This document shows positions 28,374 through 37,191 of a stretch of 64,000 nucleotides of DNA, piece by piece; the stretch's first letter is position 1; each line of letters starts with the position of its first letter. The translations under genes and the position numbers were made by a program. This DNA comes from Longimicrobiales bacterium (GTDB lineage Bacteria; Gemmatimonadota; Gemmatimonadetes; Longimicrobiales; Gaopeijiaceae): the NCBI GenBank assembly GCA_965238005.1, contig OZ250165.1, forward strand, positions 4,512,001 to 4,576,000. The letters are read 5' to 3'. The notes under the pieces were generated by a model. The model searched no databases. It worked only from the letters and a program-made list of their open reading frames with translations, and was not told the origin of the DNA.

Positions 28374-28400
28374 GGAAACAATCTGCCGATGGAATAGGTA
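28374..28400 (+). promoter_or_regulatory. Possible ECF-type promoter (GGAAAC-N17-GGTA)
   Basis: AAC-type -35 and GTA-type -10 in an A-rich patch upstream of the hypothetical/sigma/anti-sigma genes; match by eye only. Confidence 0.25.
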
Positions 28401-28440
28401 AATAAGTAAGAGGGAAGCTCGGCAACAGAGGGGGCGAGCC

Positions 28441-28863
28441 GTGATCGTGCACTGCGATTTCGAGGAACTGACGGCGCTGAAGGCCGGCGCGTGGCAGATC
28501 CTCAACGGCTATGCTCTGGAGCGGGGCGTCGTGGCCGCTCCACCGGAGGAGCGGGAGCAAGTGGCCGCCCTGCTTCCCCGCCTGAACGGGGACTGGTCCG
28601 TCCAGACGCTCGCCGAGCAGAAAGCTCTCCGCAGTGCGGTGGCAGCCATCGTCGAGATCCTGCGGGTCGAGATGGAGACGGCGGTGACGACCACGCATCC
28701 GGCTCACGAAGGAGCCGTATCGGCCTACTTCGATTTCGCCCACGCCTTCTCGGTCCTGTCGCGTCTCGAGGAGGTCGGGCAGGAGATGGTGGCCCTCATC
28801 GAACTGGTGATCGGGGGCCCAGTCACCGACGAGCTCGCCAGAGAGTTCGTCTTTCCAGACTGA
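28441..28863 (+). CDS. Hypothetical protein
   Basis: GAGGGG RBS, GTG start, natural helical composition. Confidence 0.75.
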   Translation: MIVHCDFEELTALKAGAWQILNGYALERGVVAAPPEEREQVAALLPRLNGDWSVQTLAEQKALRSAVAAIVEILRVEMETAVTTTHPAHEGAVSAYFDFAHAFSVLSRLEEVGQEMVALIELVIGGPVTDELAREFVFPD

Positions 28864-28931
28864 TCTCCGCCGGGCAAACTCCGGCTGAGCCGCACTACGG
28901 CTTCAATGCGCACCACTGGGTGCCAAGATCC

Positions 28932-29543
28932 GTGACGAGCAGCGAGAGACTTCCGAATTATGTGAACCAACAGGGGGCGAGCTTCCTCGATGAAGCGATC
29001 CCGCATATGGACGCCGTGTATCGGTTCGCTCTGCGCTTGGCCGGGACCCAGGACGGGGCCGAGGATCTGGTACAGGACATGTACTTCCGGGCCTTCAGAG
29101 CCTGGGAGCAGTACACGCCGGGAACAAGATGCAAGAGCTGGCTCTTCAATATCTGCAGGAACGTATTCCTCAGGCATCGGGAGCGGGGGCAACGCCACGA
29201 TGAGATTGTGGCGGAGACGGCGTACGAGGATCCCAGGGCGCTCTCGCGCGAGGCTGCCGTGTTCGCGGCGTCCAAGGACGCCGATCCGGAGGGCGAGTTC
29301 TTCCGCTCGATCGTAGACGAGGAGATCCTTCGCGCCATCGATAACTTGCCGGATGAATACAGAATAGCCGTGGTGCTGTCGGACCTAGAGGACCTTTCCT
29401 ACAACGAGATTGCCGAAATCATGGAGATTCCGGTCGGGACGGTGAAGAGTCGACTGTTCAGAGGCAGACGGCAGCTTCAGGAGCGACTCCACGCATATGC
29501 CGTCGAGATGGGATACATTTCCGAAGCGCTTGGGGATGGTTAG
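28932..29543 (+). CDS. ECF sigma-70 factor (SigR/SigH-like)
   Basis: AEDLVQDMYFRAF and KSWLFNICRN (region 2); LSYNEIAEIMEIPVGTVKSRLFRGR (region 4). Start is approximate. Confidence 0.92.
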   Translation: MTSSERLPNYVNQQGASFLDEAIPHMDAVYRFALRLAGTQDGAEDLVQDMYFRAFRAWEQYTPGTRCKSWLFNICRNVFLRHRERGQRHDEIVAETAYEDPRALSREAAVFAASKDADPEGEFFRSIVDEEILRAIDNLPDEYRIAVVLSDLEDLSYNEIAEIMEIPVGTVKSRLFRGRRQLQERLHAYAVEMGYISEALGDG

Positions 29544-29864
29544 GTGACTGCTTTCAATAGGTTGAAGAGACTGTTCGGGCTTTCCGGGGGCGCCGGCGCC
29601 GGCGGCGACCCCCCCGGAGGGATGATCTCGTGCGACGAGGCCGTGGCCAGGCTGTTCGAGTACCTGGACGGCGAGCTGGACGACATGTCCCAGGAGGGGG
29701 TACGCCTTCACCTCGAGGTCTGCAAGGCGTGCTACCCCAGGGCCCAGTTCGAGAGGCACTTCCTCGAGGCCCTCGGCCGTTCCCAGAGAGACGGGCATGC
29801 CTCGGAGGAGCTGAAGGGTCGCGTCCTCCAGGCCCTGGCCGAGGGGGGCGCCCGAGGGGGTTAA
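29544..29864 (+). CDS. Zinc-binding anti-sigma factor (zf-HC2/ZAS, RsrA/RshA-like)
   Basis: C...EYLDGEL...HLEVCKAC (HxxxCxxC), immediately after the ECF sigma gene. Confidence 0.9.
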   Translation: MTAFNRLKRLFGLSGGAGAGGDPPGGMISCDEAVARLFEYLDGELDDMSQEGVRLHLEVCKACYPRAQFERHFLEALGRSQRDGHASEELKGRVLQALAEGGARGG

Positions 29865-29895
29865 CACACCGCCGACCAGCCCCATCAAGACCACG

Positions 29896-29933
29896 GAGCC
29901 GCGAGTCGAATTCGACTCGCGGCTCTCGCTTTT
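29896..29933 (+). terminator. Perfect 30-bp palindrome followed by a T-tract; likely terminator
   Basis: GAGCCGCGAGTCGAATTCGACTCGCGGCTC (29896-29925), then TCGCTTTT. Confidence 0.6.
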
Positions 29934-30034
29934 GGCCCCGCCTTGATTTGCCTCGACGATCCTGAGATCGTACGCCCATCGTCGCGTCGCCCGGCGTCCA
30001 TTTTCGGTTTGCCTTCGGCTCAGCAGGAGTTGTG

Positions 30035-32545
30035 ATGACGGCCCAGACCCGAGAGCGCATCCTTCCCAGGCTCATCGAGGAAGAGATGCGCGAATCATTC
30101 CTGGACTACTCCATGAGCGTGATCGTGCAGAGGGCCCTGCCGGACGTGCGGGACGGACTCAAGCCCGTCCACCGGCGCATTCTCTTCGCGATGCACGAGC
30201 TCGGGTTGAGGCCGGACAGACCGTACAAGAAGAGCGCTACGGTCGTCGGGGACGTGCTAGGCAAGTACCACCCACACGGAGACGCGGCCGTCTATGACGC
30301 CCTGGTCCGGATGGTGCAGGACTTCTCGCTCCGGTACCCCCTCGTAGACGGGCAGGGCAACTTCGGCTCTATCGACGGGGACTCGGCGGCGGCGTACCGG
30401 TACACCGAGGCCAAGCTCGCCCTGATCGCCGAGGAGATCCTGGCCGACATCGAGAAGGAGACGGTCGATGTCGCGGACAACTTCGACGGGCAGCGCACCG
30501 AGCCCACGGTCTTGCCCTCGCGGGTCCCGAACCTGCTGGTCAACGGATCATCCGGGATCGCCGTCGGCCTCAGTACCAACGTCCCGCCTCACAACCTCCG
30601 GGAAGTAGCGGCCGCTCTGAAGGCTCTGATCGAAGAGCCCGAGCCGTCCCTCGATGTTGTGATGCGCCACCTGCCCGGCCCGGATTTCCCCACCGGTGGA
30701 TTCGTCGTGGGCCACAGTGGGGTCCGCGACATGTACGAGAAGGGACGGGGTCGAATCGTCATGCGGGCCCGCATCGTCAAGGAGTCCCTGAGGGGCGGGA
30801 AGGAACAGCTCGTCGTCACCGAGCTGCCGTACGCGGTCTCCAAATCCAGGATCATCCAGCAGATCGCGGGCCTCGCCCGGAAGGGGATGATCGACGCCCT
30901 CGCCGACATCCGTGACGAGTCGGATCGGGACGGCCTGCGGCTCGTGATGGAGCTCAAGAGGGGCGCCAAGTCCGCCAAGGTCGTCCAGCTCCTTCACAAG
31001 AAGACCAGCCTCCAATCCACTTTCGGGGCCATCCTCATCGCCCTGGATCACGGCGAGCCGAAGGAGTTCACGCTCCTCGAGCTTCTGGAGCGCTTCCGCG
31101 ATCACCGCATCGAGGTCATCCAGCGTCGCTCCCGGCACGATCTCGAGCAGGCCGAGGCGGAGAAGCACACGGTGGAGGGCCTGTTGGCGGCCCTTGGCGC
31201 CATCGAGGAGGTCATCGCCATCATCCGCAGGTCCAAGGACCGGTCGGAGGCTGCCGAGCGGTTGCAGGATCTCCTGGGCCTCTCGGAGATCCAGGCCGAT
31301 GCGATTCTCAACATGCGGCTTGCCAGGCTCACGGCCCTGGAGCGGGACCAGCTCAAGAAGCGGCTGAAGGAGCTCAAGGCGACCATCGAGGATCTGAAGG
31401 GAGTGCTCAAGAGCGAGGCCCGGAAGCTCGAGATCATGATCGAGGAGCTCGACGAGCTCGTAGAGAAGTACGGGGACGACCGGCGCACCGTGATCCTCGA
31501 GGAGGACGAGTCCGAGGAGGTCGCCGTGGAGGACACGGTGGCGGACGAGGACGTGGTCATCACGGTGAGCCACGAGGGCTTCGTGAAGCGAATCCCCATG
31601 CATCTCTACCGGCGCCGCGTGTCCTCGGGGAAGGCGCTGGCCGGCATGGAGCGCTTCGAGGACGACTATCTGGAGCGGATCTTCGTCGCGCGGACACATG
31701 GCTGGCTGCTGGCCTTCACCGAGAGAGGCCATGTGCACTTCCTATCGGTCCTCGACGTGCCCGAGGGAGGCAGGGCGTCCAGAGGACAGTCCATCTACGC
31801 CCTGACCGAGGCGGATCGCGAGGATGCCATCGTGACGACGCTGGCGGCGGATGACCTGAGCGCCGAGCGGTTCGTCGTGTTCATCTCCGAAAAGGGCGTG
31901 ATGAAGCGGACCATGCTCGCCGAGTTCGCGAACCCGCGCGCGCGGGGGATGATCGCGTCCGGCGTGAAGGAGGGCGACCGAATCCTGGACGTCCGACTCT
32001 CGGACGGGACCAGAGAGGTCATGCTCATCACGAGGGCGGGGAGGGCTATCCGCTTTCCCGAGTCCGACCTGTCCGTGCTGGGACGTACGGCTCAGGGCGT
32101 GAAGGGCATCGACCTGAAGAACCGTGACTCGGTGGTGGGGCTGCTCCTCATCCGCCGCGACGCCTGGGTGATGAGCGTTACGGACGGGGGACTCGGCAAG
32201 AAGACCGCGGTGGGCGATTTCCCCCTACAGAAGCGAGGAGGGTTGGGCACCATGGCCGTGCCATCCGGGGATGAGAGCACCCTCGTGTCGGCTCTGGAGG
32301 TGTTGGAGGGCGACGAGGTCATGGTCGTGACGGCCGGGGGGCGGGTCACGCGACTGACTGCCGACGAAGTCCCCGCGCAGGGCAGAAGGACACAGGGGCG
32401 CCGGCTGGTGCAGCTGGAGGGTGGGGACCGAGTCGTGGAGGTAACACGGGCCTACGGGGCCGCCGGGGCCCGCAGGGGGCCCGAGGGAGAGGAGGCTCCC
32501 GGGCAACTGGATCTGCTCGGTGCAGGGGCGACCGACGCCGGCTGA
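30035..32545 (+). CDS. Type IIA topoisomerase subunit A (GyrA/ParC family; lacks the canonical GyrA box, so ParC-like)
   Basis: Motifs [29 protein letters not shown] (catalytic Tyr) and GPDFPTGG; C-terminal pinwheel repeats. Confidence 0.93.
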   Translation: MTAQTRERILPRLIEEEMRESFLDYSMSVIVQRALPDVRDGLKPVHRRILFAMHELGLRPDRPYKKSATVVGDVLGKYHPHGDAAVYDALVRMVQDFSLRYPLVDGQGNFGSIDGDSAAAYRYTEAKLALIAEEILADIEKETVDVADNFDGQRTEPTVLPSRVPNLLVNGSSGIAVGLSTNVPPHNLREVAAALKALIEEPEPSLDVVMRHLPGPDFPTGGFVVGHSGVRDMYEKGRGRIVMRARIVKESLRGGKEQLVVTELPYAVSKSRIIQQIAGLARKGMIDALADIRDESDRDGLRLVMELKRGAKSAKVVQLLHKKTSLQSTFGAILIALDHGEPKEFTLLELLERFRDHRIEVIQRRSRHDLEQAEAEKHTVEGLLAALGAIEEVIAIIRRSKDRSEAAERLQDLLGLSEIQADAILNMRLARLTALERDQLKKRLKELKATIEDLKGVLKSEARKLEIMIEELDELVEKYGDDRRTVILEEDESEEVAVEDTVADEDVVITVSHEGFVKRIPMHLYRRRVSSGKALAGMERFEDDYLERIFVARTHGWLLAFTERGHVHFLSVLDVPEGGRASRGQSIYALTEADREDAIVTTLAADDLSAERFVVFISEKGVMKRTMLAEFANPRARGMIASGVKEGDRILDVRLSDGTREVMLITRAGRAIRFPESDLSVLGRTAQGVKGIDLKNRDSVVGLLLIRRDAWVMSVTDGGLGKKTAVGDFPLQKRGGLGTMAVPSGDESTLVSALEVLEGDEVMVVTAGGRVTRLTADEVPAQGRRTQGRRLVQLEGGDRVVEVTRAYGAAGARRGPEGEEAPGQLDLLGAGATDAG

Positions 32546-32553
32546 GGGAACTA

Positions 32554-32597
32554 CGCCCCGGGGCCCCGGGGCGAGCCCGTCCGTGCCATGGCTCGCC
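32554..32597. terminator. GC-rich palindrome/hairpins between convergent genes
   Basis: Perfect 20-bp palindrome CGCCCCGGGGCCCCGGGGCG (32554-32573) overlapping a GGCGAGCC...GGCTCGCC stem. Confidence 0.45.
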
Positions 32598-32607
32598 GCG
32601 GTGTGCG

Positions 32608-34386
32608 CTACTCTCGCCGATCCCCCAAAGTCGCCGTAACGGTCACCCGCTCACCGTTCCGCAGCACCACGATGTCTACCTTGTCGCCCGGGGCGTGATC
32701 CCTGAGGGCATACGTGTAAGCGTAGATGTCACCGACCTCTTTCCCTCCGAATTCGACGACTACGTCACCCTTTTGGAGACCGGCCTTCTGAGCCGGGCTC
32801 CCCTCACGGACCCCTGAGAGACGCAGACCGAAGTCGGTGGGGACCATGTCCGGGATCGTTCCGAGGTAGGGGCCGTACCCGCGACTCGTGCTCGAAGACG
32901 ACTGGCCGCGCACCGGTGTCGCAACCCCCTCGATGGGGGTGAGGGCGACGCGCTCCTCCGATCCCTCCTCGCCGGCGACCCCGAGGGCCACCTCCGTCAC
33001 GAGCTCGATGATGTGCTCCAGGCCCTCTCCATCGATCTTGTCGACGTCGTCCGAGGGCCGGTGGTAGTCCTCGTGGGTGTTGGAGAAGAAGTGCAGGACC
33101 GGGATGCCCTCTCCATAGAAAGAGGAGTGATCCGAGGGGCCGAACCCGTCAGGAGAAGTAGCGATGCGCAAGGGGAGCTCCAGCGCTCGGTTGGCGTCGC
33201 CGAGGATCTCTCCCCACTCCTCCGCGGTGCCCACGCCCATGACGGTGAGTGTGCGGCCCTCCATGCGACCCACCATGTCCATGTTCAGCATTGCGACCGA
33301 TCGCTCGATGGGGACGAGGGGATTCCTCACATAGTGCGCTGAGCCCCAGAGACCCTTCTCTTCACCCGTGAAGGCGATGAAGAGGACCGATCGGGCGGGA
33401 CGTCGTGAGCCCTGCGCCAGCCGCTGAGCGACCTCGATCAGCGCTGCCGATCCGCTGGCGTTGTCGTCGGCTCCGTTGTGGACCGTGCCCGCCGCGTCGG
33501 GAGCCAGGGAGCCGTCGCCTCCGAGACCAAGGTGGTCGTAATGTGCTCCGACGATCAGGATCTCGTCGGCCAGGGACCGGTCGGAGCCAGGGAGCAGGGC
33601 CGCGACGTTCCTGGCCTCGGACATACGCGGCTGTACGGAGGTTCGGAGCGTGGCGGTCGCGCCGGCCTGGGCCGCCCGTCGAATCCGGTCGGCAGCTTCA
33701 CCTTGGACGGCGGCGACCGGAATGCGAAGGGCCGCTCGCGTCTCCTTGAACAAGCTGGGAAGCTCCTGCCTTTCGCGCATGAGCACCAGGAGGCCGAAGG
33801 CCCCGCGCCCCGCCGCCACCGAGGCCTTGAAGTGGGGATCGGCCTGCAAGGCCCGGCTGGAGCGGGCTTCGAGGTCCCCATCTTCGACGACGACGATGCG
33901 GTGCTCCAGTGGGAGCATGGGATAAGTGTTGTCCGGGTCGCCCGGCCGGTTGATGCCGTCCCCCCCGTAGATCAGGGGTACGGTGACGGCATCGGTTGCC
34001 GAGTATCCAAACGGGATCCAGTCGAATTCGACGGGGTAGCTGGCCTGGTCGACCAGGAGCTCGTTGCCGGCTACCAGGGCCGAGCCCGCACGAATGGCGA
34101 AGCTCTGGAAGTAGCTGCCGCCCGGTCCGGCACCCTCGAGTCCGAGGTTCTCGAGCCGGCTGGCGATGTAATCTGCGGCACAACGAGCTCCCCGGGAGCC
34201 GACCTCGCGGCCCTCCAGGGTGTCGTCCGCCAGATAACGAACATGTGCCAGGGCACCGGCGGACGCCCGTGTGCGACGCTCCGCCTCGGGGCAGTTCTGG
34301 GTCACCTGGCCCGCTACGAGGCCGGTGGGGCCCGCCAGGGCGAATCCACCCGCGAGCGCTGCGAGGAAGGTGAACAATCTAAGCAT
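32608..34386 (-). CDS. M28 family aminopeptidase with PA and PDZ domains
   Basis: Signal peptide; GAHYDHLG, NGADDNASG, FTGEEKGLWGS, NMDMVG, SDH and YHRPSD; C-terminal PDZ (YLGTIPD, SPAQKAGL). Confidence 0.93.
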   Translation of the reverse strand: MLRLFTFLAALAGGFALAGPTGLVAGQVTQNCPEAERRTRASAGALAHVRYLADDTLEGREVGSRGARCAADYIASRLENLGLEGAGPGGSYFQSFAIRAGSALVAGNELLVDQASYPVEFDWIPFGYSATDAVTVPLIYGGDGINRPGDPDNTYPMLPLEHRIVVVEDGDLEARSSRALQADPHFKASVAAGRGAFGLLVLMRERQELPSLFKETRAALRIPVAAVQGEAADRIRRAAQAGATATLRTSVQPRMSEARNVAALLPGSDRSLADEILIVGAHYDHLGLGGDGSLAPDAAGTVHNGADDNASGSAALIEVAQRLAQGSRRPARSVLFIAFTGEEKGLWGSAHYVRNPLVPIERSVAMLNMDMVGRMEGRTLTVMGVGTAEEWGEILGDANRALELPLRIATSPDGFGPSDHSSFYGEGIPVLHFFSNTHEDYHRPSDDVDKIDGEGLEHIIELVTEVALGVAGEEGSEERVALTPIEGVATPVRGQSSSSTSRGYGPYLGTIPDMVPTDFGLRLSGVREGSPAQKAGLQKGDVVVEFGGKEVGDIYAYTYALRDHAPGDKVDIVVLRNGERVTVTATLGDRRE

Positions 34387-34411
34387 CGATCATCCTCTTG
34401 GAGGACATTGA

Positions 34412-35503
34412 ATGTTTTCCCTAGTAGAGCCGCCGCCTGCTGCCGGCATGGTCGCGGCCTTCCTGCTCTCCGCAGCCGGTCCGACCCCACCCGCTTCCGA
34501 CCGCACACCGGATCCGTGGGGCTATTCGCCTCCCCAGTCGCAGGAGGTACACCTGCGAAACGTCCGTCAGCTCACCTTCGAGGGCGAGAACGCCGAGGCC
34601 TACTTCTCGTTCGACGGCACCCGGCTGATCTTCCAATCCACACCGCGCAGCGGGGGGTGTGATCAAATCTACACGATGTCGCTGGACGGGACCGATGTGC
34701 AGATGCTCAGCACGGGACAGGGTCGCACGACGTGCTCGTACTACTACCCCGCCGGCGACAAGATTCTCTACTCGTCTACCCATCACTTCGCCAGCGCCTG
34801 CCCGGCCGTCCCGGACTTCTCCCGGGGCTACGTCTGGGCGGTCTATCCCAGCTTCGACATCTTCGTGGCCGACGCGGACGGGTCGAACCTCACGCAGTTG
34901 ACGACCAGCTTCGGTTACGACGCCGAAGCGACGTTCTCGCCGGTAGGGGATCGGGTGGTGTTCACGTCCATGCGCGACGGTGATCTCGACATCTACTCCA
35001 TGGCGCCCGACGGCTCCGACGTTCAACGGCTCACGGACGCGGTCGGGTACGACGGCGGACCGTTCTACTCGCCCGACGGGTCGAAGATCGTCTATCGCGC
35101 TCATCGTCCCACGGATGCCCGGGAGGTCGAGGACTACACTACGCTTCTCGCCGACGGACTGATCCGGCCGAGCGTTCTGGAGATCTTCGTCATGAATGCC
35201 GACGGATCGGATCAGACGGAGATCACGCACAACGGAGCGGCGAACTTCGGTCCGTATTGGCACCCTTCGGGGACCAAGATCATCTTCGCGTCGAACATGG
35301 ATGATCGCACCGGCCGTGATTTCGAGCTCTACATGGTCAAGGAGGACGGCTCTGGTCTGGAGCGGATTACGTACTCGGACGGGTTCGACGGCTTCCCCGT
35401 CTTCAGCCCGGACGGCCGCTACCTGGTCTGGGGCTCGAACCGGGACCAGGCCGAGGAGGGCGAGACCAACATCTTCATCGCCGAGTGGGTGGAGAGCCCC
35501 TGA
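34412..35503 (+). CDS. TolB-like (PD40 repeat) beta-propeller protein
   Basis: Repeated YDAEATFSP / YDGGPFYSPDG / FDGFPVFSPDG motifs; divergent from the M28 peptidase gene. Confidence 0.9.
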   Translation: MFSLVEPPPAAGMVAAFLLSAAGPTPPASDRTPDPWGYSPPQSQEVHLRNVRQLTFEGENAEAYFSFDGTRLIFQSTPRSGGCDQIYTMSLDGTDVQMLSTGQGRTTCSYYYPAGDKILYSSTHHFASACPAVPDFSRGYVWAVYPSFDIFVADADGSNLTQLTTSFGYDAEATFSPVGDRVVFTSMRDGDLDIYSMAPDGSDVQRLTDAVGYDGGPFYSPDGSKIVYRAHRPTDAREVEDYTTLLADGLIRPSVLEIFVMNADGSDQTEITHNGAANFGPYWHPSGTKIIFASNMDDRTGRDFELYMVKEDGSGLERITYSDGFDGFPVFSPDGRYLVWGSNRDQAEEGETNIFIAEWVESP

Positions 35504-35507
35504 CCCC

Positions 35508-35689
35508 GGTTCCGTTGCCGAAGTTCGCGAGCCACCAAGAGGGTCGGGGCGCCGTGCGATCAAGGCGGGACGACGCGGCGTAGCCTAGGCGGGCACCGCG
35601 CGAAGCGTGGTCGCAAGGAGTCCCAACGCCGTGCCCACGGATGCACCGTGCCCTCGACCGGCCGAGACACTTTGGCAACGGGACACTAG
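35508..35689. mobile_element. MITE-like repeat copy (178 bp) with an alternative central hairpin
   Basis: GGTTCCGTTGCCGAAGT ... ACTTTGGCAACGGGACA-CTAG. The right CTAG contains the NUDIX gene stop; the left flank is CCCC. Confidence 0.85.
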
Positions 35690-36297
35690 GCTCCGTCGAA
35701 GAGATCGAGGAACCCCGTGAGGATCCCGTACGTCAGCCCCCACACCGCGTGCTCACCCACCTGGAGGCCTGGGAAGGCCCTGGGGCCCTCGGGAAGGTGG
35801 ATCGTGGTCGTGTGGCGGATTTCGGGATCGCGGAGCTTGGAGAGCTCAATCCACATCACCGACTCGACCTCTGATGAGTTCACCGAAGCGGTGACGTCGG
35901 GAGGGACCCCGAAGACGTATGGCACGATGGTGAGGCGGGGAAGACGCTCGCCGGTCGGCGACACCTCCGCCAGACGGCCCAGGCGCCATCCCCGGGCCTC
36001 CAGCTCGACGCCCGTCTCCTCGGCAGTCTCCCGGATGGCCGTACCGGCGAGGTCGGGGTCGCCCGGCTCTCTCCGGCCACCGGGCAGCGCCATGTGTCCC
36101 GACCAGGGATCCCGCTCCGACTCCGCACGCTTGATCAGGAGAACCTCCAGCTCGGCGGCGGTTCGCAGGACCAGGGACACCGCGGCCTGGGCGTGCCCTT
36201 CCAATGGCTGGGGATCGCTGGCGGCCCCGCCGTCGCTGGAGAGGAGGTCCATCAGCCTCTGAAGACGGGCGTCCGGAGGTGAGTGGGAATGGGTCAC
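35686..36297 (-). CDS. NUDIX hydrolase, CoA pyrophosphatase family
   Basis: Motifs DPWSGHMALPGG, TAIRETAEETG (Nudix box) and VWGLT. Confidence 0.9.
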   Translation of the reverse strand: MTHSHSPPDARLQRLMDLLSSDGGAASDPQPLEGHAQAAVSLVLRTAAELEVLLIKRAESERDPWSGHMALPGGRREPGDPDLAGTAIRETAEETGVELEARGWRLGRLAEVSPTGERLPRLTIVPYVFGVPPDVTASVNSSEVESVMWIELSKLRDPEIRHTTTIHLPEGPRAFPGLQVGEHAVWGLTYGILTGFLDLFDGA

Positions 36298-36807
36298 GCT
36301 CCCGCATACCCCCGGGGCAGGCGGCGAGGTTCAGGCTGCCCGGGCGGCGACCGAGTCCGAGGGGACTTAAGGGACAGCGTTCACGGCACCGAAAGGGCCC
36401 ATTTGGCGAGGAATCACTCGCCTCACGGATCGCCGAGGTGAATCTGGTGCCAGGGGATCTTCTCGGCCTGAGGCTACGGGCTCAAGGGATCAGTGGCGGC
36501 CTCCTGGACGGCATTCCTACGGCTCATTGGGGTGCGAGAGAGGTATAGCCTCGATCGCTGCCACAATCGATCAGCGCGGATACCCGACTTTCCGGTATCG
36601 AACGCTCCTCCAGGCACCCGACTACGTCGTGTTGGTGCAGCAGGCCGCTCGGCCGCTCGGGGGGTCATCCTGAACTTCTTCAGACTCTGCCGCGACCAGC
36701 TACTTGTCAGCGTCAGGCGATGGGCCGCCCTTTTGAGGCTCCACCGGGCGTACGTATCTTTTCGTTCAGATCATACGTATGCGTCAGCGGGCTCCGTGAC
36801 GGGACCG

Positions 36808-36942
36808 CTCAAGGTTCTGGAGCCTGAGTCGGCTGCGGTGGTGGATGCCGCGCGGTGCCCTGCCGAGCGGTGCCTTGCCGCGCTGTGCCTTGCCGAGATC
36901 AAGACCACCGCAAGTCTCCAGCGCCCCCACGTCCTCCCGCTC
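36808..36942 (+). pseudogene. Relic of a Ser/Thr protein kinase N-lobe with an internal 15-bp tandem amplification
   Basis: LKVLEPESAAVV...AERCLA...EIKTTASLQRPHVLPL resembles the kinase segment KVL.PELAAV.GAERFL.EI..TA.LQHPHILPL. Confidence 0.65.
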
Positions 36943-37191
36943 GGAACCTCCATCACCGTGCGTCCCATCGAGCCATGGACGGTTTTCAGAGGCCGGGGGA
37001 AGGAAGGTCCGGCACCAGCCAAGGATTCCAGCGCCAGTGGGATCCATCGTCCCTACGAGGCCCCTCAACGGACCGGACTTCTATGACCTCGTGACCCCTC
37101 CTCGGGCCCTCCAGGGGCTCCTGAGAGGCCCTCAAACAACCCCTTATATTCATCGTAACGTGTTGTCACTTCTTTAGATAAGGGGTTTTCT

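Noticed and set aside
23349..35689. Repeats as a CRISPR array, tRNA or known riboswitch
   Set aside because: Copies are dispersed, 160-271 bp long, TIR-bounded and have no spacers; there is no cloverleaf or recognisable aptamer, and no cas genes.
36380..36500. Possible c-di-GMP or other riboswitch in the NUDIX upstream gap
   Set aside because: Hairpins and a GAAA loop exist, but I could not match a known consensus by eye; an Infernal/Rfam scan would be needed.
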